A DNA stretch of 64,000 nucleotides. It comes from an uncultured Acidaminococcus sp. GTDB lineage: Bacteria > Bacillota > Negativicutes > Acidaminococcales > Acidaminococcaceae. The position numbers and the translations under genes were made by a program. The notes under the pieces are model-generated. The model saw nothing but the letters and a program-made list of their open reading frames with translations, did no database searches and had not been told where the DNA came from. Shown here one piece after another: positions 30,050 through 37,204 of the stretch. The stretch is from contig CAJMHI010000001.1 of assembly GCA_905213155.1 (NCBI GenBank), forward strand, positions 11,111-75,110, given 5' to 3'. Every line of letters begins with the position of its first letter. The stretch's first letter is position 1.

Positions 30050-31045
30050 TTATTGGTAGAGTTTGGATACCACATCTTTACAGAAGGCCAGTTGTTCTTC
30101 AATTAGCTTGCCCAGTTCCTTGCTGTCCATGTAGTGGAGTTCCAGACCAGCGTTCTTGTGATCCCGGATGGTCTGTTCGTCGGTCATGGTCAGTTTGAAG
30201 GCATCTTCATAGAACTTAATGATATTGGCCGGAGTTCCTTTGGGAGCAACCAGGGCACGGGCAGAGCCATACCATTTGTTGTAGTAACCCAGTTCACCCA
30301 AGGTGGGAACATCTTTCAGGGCATCCACCCGTTTTTCGCTGAATACGCCCAGCACTTTCAGTACGGCATTGTTGCCACGGATCAGGGATTCAATATCGCC
30401 CAGCTTAGCACAGGAGAAATCTACTTCGCCTTGACGCAGTGCCAGCAGCTGATCCGCTGTGCCGCCATAGGGGACTGCATTGTACTTAAAGTCGGCAGAT
30501 TTGGCTAAAAGCTGTGCAGCTGTATGGTTGGAAGCCTGTACTCCGTTGGTGGAAGCTTTCAGCTGACCAGGATGGGCCTTGGCATACGCAACTAAGTCTT
30601 TCAGGCTGTTAAACTGGCTGTCTTTTTTCACGACCACGACACCAGTTTCCAGCAGGTGGTTGGCAATGGGAACAATGCTCTTGTCGTCAAAGGCAGCGCC
30701 TTTTTGCAGGGCCAGGGTGGTGTAGGTGGGCAGGTTGATGAACCCGATGGTGTAGCCATCCGGCTTGGCTTTTACCAGTTCCGTCCAACCGATTTTGCCG
30801 TCCGCACCGGGTTTATTTTCAATGATCAGGGTATGGCCAATGAATTTTTCTGCATCCTTGCACAGTACCCGCGCCCCGGTATCTGTGCCGGACCCCGCCT
30901 TATAGGCCACAATCACTTTGATGTCTTTCTGGGGCTTCCAGGCATCTGCGGACTTTTGGTCTGTTTTGTTTCCCCCGCCGCAGGCTGCTGCTGCCAGTGC
31001 CGTGGCACACAGGGCGGAAGCCGCCAACAGTTTCTTCAATTTCAT
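30050..31045 (-). CDS. tctC: Tripartite tricarboxylate transporter substrate-binding lipoprotein TctC
   Basis: Lipobox AAAC; AGSGTD..AR, ENKPGA.G, PDGYT, DVPT..E.G. Confidence 0.92.
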   Translation of the reverse strand: MKLKKLLAASALCATALAAAACGGGNKTDQKSADAWKPQKDIKVIVAYKAGSGTDTGARVLCKDAEKFIGHTLIIENKPGADGKIGWTELVKAKPDGYTIGFINLPTYTTLALQKGAAFDDKSIVPIANHLLETGVVVVKKDSQFNSLKDLVAYAKAHPGQLKASTNGVQASNHTAAQLLAKSADFKYNAVPYGGTADQLLALRQGEVDFSCAKLGDIESLIRGNNAVLKVLGVFSEKRVDALKDVPTLGELGYYNKWYGSARALVAPKGTPANIIKFYEDAFKLTMTDEQTIRDHKNAGLELHYMDSKELGKLIEEQLAFCKDVVSKLYQ

Positions 31046-31221
31046 CTTCCTCATCCTCCTTAAATAATGTAACAATTTTACAACTTTCATTGTATCCCGG
31101 CTGCGTCCAGAAACCGTCAGTCCTATGGAAAACTGCGCATCCCCTCATGCGTACACAATGATGCTTGCTGCTTTGATTATACTGGCAACCTATAGAAAAG
31201 TAAAGAAAGAAAAACCCTGCA

Positions 31222-31243
31222 AAATGTTGCTAAAGCAACATTT
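31222..31243. promoter_or_regulatory. Perfect palindromic operator candidate between divergent genes
   Basis: AAATGTTGC-TAAA-GCAACATTT. Confidence 0.55.
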
Positions 31244-31340
31244 ATTTTCTGCTTTCAAGGTATACTTATAGTGTAAGATGTTTTTCGGATATAATGAGAA
31301 ATAAAGGAATCGTAAAAGCTGTAAAGAAAGGAAATAGACC

Positions 31341-32879
31341 ATGGAAAAAGTATTGGATCTGTCTAAAAGCGTGTATGAACTGTGCCGGGAATATCCGGAA
31401 CTGATTCAGATCATGGCAGAGCTGGGGTTTAAGGAAATCTCGCAGCCGGGGAATCTGGAGCATGTAGGAAAGATGATGACCATCCCCAAAGGCTCCGTGA
31501 TGAAACACATCAGCATGAAAAAGATTGTGGATACGCTGCGGGAAAAAGGATTTACCCTGACGGCTCAGATGCCGGACTTCCCTGGTATGATGCCTAATTC
31601 TGCAGCAGCTCCTACCGATCCGGAAAAACAAAAACGGATTGCCCTACTTACCAGTTATATAAAGAGACTGGGGGAGGGAGAAGATCTGGAAAGTGTGCGC
31701 AAAGATTTTGTGGAGCATTTTAAGGACGTAGATGCCGCGGAAATCGCCCAGGCAGAACAGCAGCTACTGCGCAGCGGCGTTCCCCTGGATGATGTCACGA
31801 AATTGTGTGATGTTCATGCCGCCCTGTTTAAAGGGAAGACCCGGGCAGAAAAGATTGCCAATGCAGAAAAAATGGTGGCAAAGACCTGGCCGGGCGGGAG
31901 TGCACCCAAAGCGGCCCCGCTGCGTCGCCAGGACGGAGCAGACCTGACGTATCAAAAGTTGCAAGAGATTGCGGGACATCCTCTCCAGATCTTTCACCTG
32001 GAAAATGAAGCCATTGGGCAGGAGATTGCTAAGCTCCGGGCTGCCATGACTACGGGGGAAAACTACCTTCCGCAACTAGACAAAGTGCGGCAGCTGGCCA
32101 TCCATTATGCGAAAAAAGGGGATTTGATCTATCCGCCGCTTAAAGAAACCTACGGTTTTTCCGGTCCCTCCGATGTGATGTGGAGCGTGGATAACGAGAT
32201 CCGGGATGCACTGCGGCAGCTTTCGGCAGAAGCAGCGGCAAACCCAAAGCGCCTGCAGGAAACCCAATGGCGGGAAAGCTTGGAGCAGGCACTGACACGG
32301 GCAGAGGAAATGATTTACAAGGAAGAGAACATCCTGCTGCCCCTGTGCGCCAAGAACTTTTCAGAAAAAGAATGGAAGCAGATGGCACGGGATATGCAAG
32401 GATATGAGTCCTGTTTGATTCAGCCGGTGCCTTTGTGGAAGGAAGCGGAGGAACCAGAACCAGTGCCCGTTGACAGTGGGGACCGTATTACCTTGTCATC
32501 CGGCAGTTTTACCAAAGCAGAATTGGAAGCGGTGCTGAATACGATTCCCCTGGAACTCACCTTCGTGGATGCGGAGAATATCAACCGGTATTTTAACGAT
32601 AACGGGGAACCGAAACTCTTTAAACGTCCCCTGGCAGCACTGGGACGGGAAGTATGGTCCTGCCATCCGGTGAAGATTCAACCCATCGTGCGGCGTGTCA
32701 TTGAAACCCTGCGCAGTGGGGCAGAAAATTCCGTGGATGTATGGCATACTCGGGAAGGGAAACCTGTGCTCGTTCGGTATTTGGCTGTACGGGATAAGAA
32801 AGGTACATTCCTGGGCGTTTTGGAGACCGTACAAAAATTGGATTTTGCCAAAGCGCATTTCATGCCAGAAACCAAATAA
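31341..32879 (+). CDS. DUF1858/DUF438 + hemerythrin-like + PAS domain protein
   Basis: YPEL...ELGF, AEQQL, LCDVHA, GHP...EN, HYAKK, VMW.VD, KEENIL, FVDA.N..RYF, CHP. Confidence 0.85.
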   Translation: MEKVLDLSKSVYELCREYPELIQIMAELGFKEISQPGNLEHVGKMMTIPKGSVMKHISMKKIVDTLREKGFTLTAQMPDFPGMMPNSAAAPTDPEKQKRIALLTSYIKRLGEGEDLESVRKDFVEHFKDVDAAEIAQAEQQLLRSGVPLDDVTKLCDVHAALFKGKTRAEKIANAEKMVAKTWPGGSAPKAAPLRRQDGADLTYQKLQEIAGHPLQIFHLENEAIGQEIAKLRAAMTTGENYLPQLDKVRQLAIHYAKKGDLIYPPLKETYGFSGPSDVMWSVDNEIRDALRQLSAEAAANPKRLQETQWRESLEQALTRAEEMIYKEENILLPLCAKNFSEKEWKQMARDMQGYESCLIQPVPLWKEAEEPEPVPVDSGDRITLSSGSFTKAELEAVLNTIPLELTFVDAENINRYFNDNGEPKLFKRPLAALGREVWSCHPVKIQPIVRRVIETLRSGAENSVDVWHTREGKPVLVRYLAVRDKKGTFLGVLETVQKLDFAKAHFMPETK

Positions 32880-32886
32880 GATGCAG

Positions 32887-32914
32887 AAAAAGGGCGGCCT
32901 TCGCCGTCCTTTTT
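32887..32914. terminator. Bidirectional terminator
   Basis: AAAAAGGGCGGC-CTTC-GCCGTCCTTTTT. Confidence 0.8.
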
Positions 32915-33050
32915 CGCTGCTCGTAGCTCATGTTCTTTAGGATTTTGTGGTAGCGGCTATGGAGAGGGGAGTGAGTCACCTTTTCCTTGGTAGTACTTTT
33001 TAATAGTTACGCTAGTGTAAAGGATACACCTACCAAGGTTTTATGTTTTT

Positions 33051-33120
33051 TATCCTGACCTTACTTGTACTACCCTGTACTAAACTAACCTATACTAACC
33101 TTACCTAACCTTACCTAACC
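33051..33120 (-). repeat. 14-unit pentamer array (GGTTA/GGTAA-type)
   Basis: Minus strand: GGTTA GGTAA GGTTA GGTAA GGTTA GTATA GGTTA GTTTA GTACA GGGTA GTACA AGTAA GGTCA GGATA. Confidence 0.9.
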
Positions 33121-33142
33121 TACGCCGCGAAATTGACGCAAG

Positions 33143-33200
33143 TGGTTGCGCTATTTGCACATGTGGTTGCGGAATCTGCACTTTTGGTTGCGGAATCGGT
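33143..33200. repeat. Three iteron-like direct repeats, 21-bp period
   Basis: TGGTTGCG at 33143, 33164 and 33185; units 2 and 3 share TGGTTGCGGAATC. Confidence 0.9.
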
Positions 33201-33201
33201 T

Positions 33202-33549
33202 TTACGGGTTGATAAGGTCATACAGGCTGTCCTCGCCCAGACGTACCTGCTTGTGTTCTGGTAAAACGCTGGGGCTGTAGCGGTCTCTTCGAATCTGGTT
33301 ATGCCAAGCCCAATGACGAATAGCCATCACGCCACTGGGAAAGGGCAGCATATAGCCACCTGCCACTAGCGCCTCCACATCCTTTGGTGTACAACCCAGG
33401 AGTCGCGCTAGAGATTTGGGGTTCGTGATAAAGCCGTCATCATCTGCTTCCATGACGCACTGGAGGTAGAGATATTGTGCAGGAAGGGGGAGCTCCAGAA
33501 AATCATCCTGCCGGATCAACTGGATATGTAGCATACGTCGTTTGGCCAT
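33202..33549 (-). CDS. Orphan phage replisome-organizer/replication-initiator N-terminal domain (115 aa)
   Basis: RBS GAAAGGAGG; MAKRRM...DDFLELP..AQYLY......ADDDGF..NP...GVMAIRHW..HNQIRRDRY matches Firmicute phage initiator N-termini. Confidence 0.85.
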   Translation of the reverse strand: MAKRRMLHIQLIRQDDFLELPLPAQYLYLQCVMEADDDGFITNPKSLARLLGCTPKDVEALVAGGYMLPFPSGVMAIRHWAWHNQIRRDRYSPSVLPEHKQVRLGEDSLYDLINP

Positions 33550-33616
33550 AAGGGGCCTCCTTTCGGTATGGGTGCCGGATTGCCCGGCAAATCTATAGGC
33601 GCGCCGCTTAGTACGG

Positions 33617-33702
33617 TATCGTGTGTTCGAACATGCGATAGTATATATAAAACAATCGGGATTGTAAAGGAACTCTAGTTCCCGCGCCAAGAACTGCAGT
33701 TC
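33617..33702 (-). promoter_or_regulatory. Sigma-A promoter with tandem LexA (SOS) boxes
   Basis: Minus TTTACA(33668-33663)-17-TATACT(33645-33640); GAACTCTAGTTC 33670-33681; GAACTGCAGTTC 33691-33702; palindrome TATCGTGTGTTC/GAACATGCGATA 33617-33640. Confidence 0.8.
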
Positions 33703-34049
33703 CTGGCATGAAATTGCGTTCTGTGCTTAGCGAACGTATACTCTTTTTTGAATTTTGAAGAAGAATAACCATGTAGGAAATAACTGGAAAAAACGGAAAA
33801 CAAAATAAAAAAATATGAACATAAAAATGCAACAATATATTTACGTTCGTATTTTGGAGAGAAAAGAAATTTAAAAATTTTTGATAGGGAAATTGTGGCC
33901 GTGCATTTATATCTTCCATCGTGCACAACATTTTTCAACTACCCTAGTCATTATCTATCTGGACAAACTGTCTGATTTCTTTTACAATAAAAGTGAAAAT
34001 CTTGTTTTTATAGGGCGATATAGTAAAAAACGAAGAAAGGATGAGGCAG

Positions 34050-35732
34050 ATGGTCTTGGACGAATACAAACGGTGGGCTGGTACCGATTTATTGGATTTT
34101 GATCTGAATAAAGAACTGCAGGACATTGCAGGGGATACTGCCGCTATTGAAGAGCGTTTTGCTGTGGCACTCCAGTTTGGGACTGCGGGACTAAGGGGTA
34201 TTTTAGGCGCAGGGACAAACCGGATGAATATCTGGGTGGTGCGGCAGGCCACCCAGGGCGTAGCCGACTGGGTAAAGACCCAGGGCGGCACACAAACCGT
34301 TGCGATTTCCTATGACAGCCGGATCAAGGGCTGGGATTTTGCCAGACATGCAGCGGGCGTCCTAGCTGCCAATGGGATTCATGTACGGCTGTATGAAGCG
34401 CTAATGCCGGTGCCGGCCTTGTCGTTTGCGACGCGGTACTATCATTGCAATGCAGGCATTATGATTACGGCCAGCCATAATCCTGCCGCTTATAACGGGT
34501 ATAAAGCCTACGGCCCCGACGGGTGCCAAATGACCGATGATGCGGCCGCTGTGGTTTATGCCTCTATCCAAAAGACGGATGTCCTGACCGGTGCCCGTTA
34601 TATGTCCTTTGCTGAAGGGGTAGCAAAGGGACTCATCCAGTTTGTAGAGGAAGACTGTCTGAAGGCCTTTTATGAAGCGATCGAGTCCCGTCAGGTGCGC
34701 CCCGGTCTTGCAAAAACTGCGGGGCTGAAACTGGTATATTCTCCGCTTAATGGCACGGGCCTTGTGCCGGTAACCAAAGTGCTGAAAGATATCGGAATTA
34801 CTGATGTGACCATTGTGCCGGAGCAGGAATATCCCAATGGGTATTTCACCACCTGCACCTATCCCAATCCGGAAATTTATGATGCCTTGCAAAAAGGACT
34901 GGAACTGGCTAAAGAAAAGAAAGCGGATCTCATGCTTGCTACTGATCCGGATGCGGACCGGGTAGGGATTGCTATGCGCTGCGCCGATGGCTCCTATGAA
35001 CTTGTCACCGGCAACGAGATGGGCGTACTGCTTTTGGATTATATTTGTGCAGGACGGATTGCCGCAGGAACCATGCCAAAGAACCCCGTAGCGGTGATGT
35101 CCATCGTATCCACGCCGCTAGCAGATAAAGTCGCACAGCACTATGGGGTGGAACTGCGTCATGTGCTTACGGGCTTTAAATGGATCGGGGATCAGATAGC
35201 CCAGCTGGAAGCCAAGGGCGAAGCCAAGCGCTTCATTTTCGGCTTTGAGGAAAGCTACGGTTACCTGGCCGGTTCCTATGTCCGGGATAAAGATGCGGTG
35301 GTAACGTCCATGCTGATCTGCGAGATGGCAGCCTATTATCGGAGCATTGGTTCTTCCATAAAACAGCGCCTGGAAGAGATCTATGCCCAGTATGGCCGGT
35401 ATTACAATCAAGTGGATTCTTTCTCATTCCCGGGGCTTTCCGGGATGGAGCAAATGAAAAAGATCATGGAAGGGCTTCGTAACAATCCCCCCAAAGCGTT
35501 TGCAGGAAAACAGGTAGTGAAGGGTCTGGATTATATGCAGGCAGAAACGACGGGTCTGCCCAAGGCGAACGTACTGATTTACCACCTGGATGACGGGTCT
35601 ACGGTTGTGGTCCGGCCTTCTGGCACGGAGCCCAAAATCAAGACCTACTTCACCACACTGGGCAAAAGCCTGGAAATTGCAAAAACAGAAAAAGAAAAAC
35701 TGGCCGCAGCCGTCAAACCATTTCTGACGTAA
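34050..35732 (+). CDS. pgm: Phosphoglucomutase/phosphomannomutase
   Basis: FGTAGLRG, TASHNP, DPDADR, FEESYG, RPSGTEPK. Confidence 0.93.
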   Translation: MVLDEYKRWAGTDLLDFDLNKELQDIAGDTAAIEERFAVALQFGTAGLRGILGAGTNRMNIWVVRQATQGVADWVKTQGGTQTVAISYDSRIKGWDFARHAAGVLAANGIHVRLYEALMPVPALSFATRYYHCNAGIMITASHNPAAYNGYKAYGPDGCQMTDDAAAVVYASIQKTDVLTGARYMSFAEGVAKGLIQFVEEDCLKAFYEAIESRQVRPGLAKTAGLKLVYSPLNGTGLVPVTKVLKDIGITDVTIVPEQEYPNGYFTTCTYPNPEIYDALQKGLELAKEKKADLMLATDPDADRVGIAMRCADGSYELVTGNEMGVLLLDYICAGRIAAGTMPKNPVAVMSIVSTPLADKVAQHYGVELRHVLTGFKWIGDQIAQLEAKGEAKRFIFGFEESYGYLAGSYVRDKDAVVTSMLICEMAAYYRSIGSSIKQRLEEIYAQYGRYYNQVDSFSFPGLSGMEQMKKIMEGLRNNPPKAFAGKQVVKGLDYMQAETTGLPKANVLIYHLDDGSTVVVRPSGTEPKIKTYFTTLGKSLEIAKTEKEKLAAAVKPFLT

Positions 35733-35760
35733 AAAACAGAATGTCCCTGTGCCGGGTATA

Positions 35761-35792
35761 AAGCGCAGCAGTCTTAGGGTTGCTGCGTTTTT
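35761..35792 (+). terminator. Intrinsic terminator
   Basis: AAGCGCAGCA/TGCTGCGTTT followed by T run. Confidence 0.7.
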
Positions 35793-35872
35793 GCGTTTCA
35801 TTTGACGTTCACACAAAATTTTCCGGTTTGTGGTAAAATAAAGTGTTAAAATTGAGCAGAGGGGAATAAGCA

Positions 35873-37204
35873 TTGATGAACCAGAACTACACCATTTTAA
35901 ATTATGGCTGCCAGATGAATGAAAGCGATTCGGAGCATTATGCAGGGCAATTATCCGACCTGGGGTATGCATATACCGACGATTATCATAACGCCGATAT
36001 TATCCTGATCAATACTTGCTGCGTGAGAGAAAGCGCAGAAAAACATATTTTAGGCAAAATCGGTGAGATGAAGCAGCTAAAACGGGAACACCCGGACCGG
36101 GTATTATGCGTAACCGGCTGCATGGCACAGAAAAACGGGGATGCCTTTATGAAAAAATATCCCCAGGTGGATCTTTTGATTGGGACGGCCCACGTCAATA
36201 ACTTCAGTGCCATTTTGCAGGACTATCTCAGCAGGGAAAAACGCAAGGCGGGCATCTATACGGACCTTACCCTGGCGCCCAAGGAATTTGAAGGGCATTT
36301 TGTACGAAAAAGCAGCTATGCAGCCTGGGTTCCTATTATGTACGGCTGCAATAATTTTTGTACCTACTGCATTGTTCCCTACGTACGGGGCAGGGAGCGG
36401 AGCCGGGAGCCGGAAGCCATCTGTGAGGAAATCCGTAAAGCCGTAGCCCAAGGGTATAAGGAATTTACCCTGCTGGGACAGAATGTAAATTCGTATGGGA
36501 AGGACACCATGGGCAAAAGCGCCTTCAGTGACCTTTTGAAAATGGTGGATCAGATTCCCGGTGTGGAACGGATCCGCTACATGACCAGTCACCCTCGCGA
36601 CATGAGCGAGGAACTGGTACGCACCATTGCAGAAAGCCGGCATGTGTGCAAGCATTTTCATATTCCGGTGCAAAGCGGCAGTAGCCGGATTATGGAGAAA
36701 ATGAACCGGGGCTATACGCGGGAATCCTATCTGCATTTGGTTAAAACCATTCGGCAGTATGTGCCAGAAGCCGTACTGACGACGGATATCATTGTGGGAT
36801 TCCCAGGGGAGACAGAAGAAGATTTTGCACAGACCATGAGCCTTTTTGACCAGGTCAGCTACGATGCGGCGTACACCTTTATGTATTCCAAACGCTCGGG
36901 AACACCGGCGGCTACCATGGAAGCGCAGGTGCCGGATGACGTAAAAAAAGATCGTCTGAACCGGCTGATGGCGCTTCAGAACCAACACAGCCTGCAACAT
37001 AACCAGCGTCTGGTAGGGAAAACCCTTCCCGTGATTGTGGAGGGACTATCCCACAACAATAACAAAATGTGGAGCGGCCGAACCGATGGCAATAAATTGG
37101 TCCTGTGGCCTGTGGAAGACCGGATTTTAAATCCGGGTGACATCGTACCTGTGAAGATGGAGATGGCACAGACCTGGCTGCTTAAAGGACGTGCTGATTT
37201 ATGA
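35873..37204 (+). CDS. miaB: tRNA-i6A37 methylthiotransferase
   Basis: YGCQMNE.DSE, NTCCVRE, GCNNFCTYCIVPY.RG, TRAM C-terminus. Confidence 0.96.
   Translation: MMNQNYTILNYGCQMNESDSEHYAGQLSDLGYAYTDDYHNADIILINTCCVRESAEKHILGKIGEMKQLKREHPDRVLCVTGCMAQKNGDAFMKKYPQVDLLIGTAHVNNFSAILQDYLSREKRKAGIYTDLTLAPKEFEGHFVRKSSYAAWVPIMYGCNNFCTYCIVPYVRGRERSREPEAICEEIRKAVAQGYKEFTLLGQNVNSYGKDTMGKSAFSDLLKMVDQIPGVERIRYMTSHPRDMSEELVRTIAESRHVCKHFHIPVQSGSSRIMEKMNRGYTRESYLHLVKTIRQYVPEAVLTTDIIVGFPGETEEDFAQTMSLFDQVSYDAAYTFMYSKRSGTPAATMEAQVPDDVKKDRLNRLMALQNQHSLQHNQRLVGKTLPVIVEGLSHNNNKMWSGRTDGNKLVLWPVEDRILNPGDIVPVKMEMAQTWLLKGRADL

Noticed and set aside
31046..31160. Riboswitch in the tctC leader
   Set aside because: Some short stems but no aptamer consensus I can recognise.
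33051..33200. CRISPR array or telomere-like (TTAGG) contamination
   Set aside because: Repeats are contiguous with no unique spacers and no cas genes; the pentamers are degenerate and fit the phage initiator linker pattern.
33550..33690. 162-aa version of the initiator ORF starting at 33690
   Set aside because: The extension runs through the promoter and operators; the family-typical MAKRRM start with a strong RBS is at 33549.
33745..34040. Small ORFs in the AT-rich spacer before pgm
   Set aside because: Low-complexity F/I/K-rich translations with no RBS; better explained as promoter DNA.
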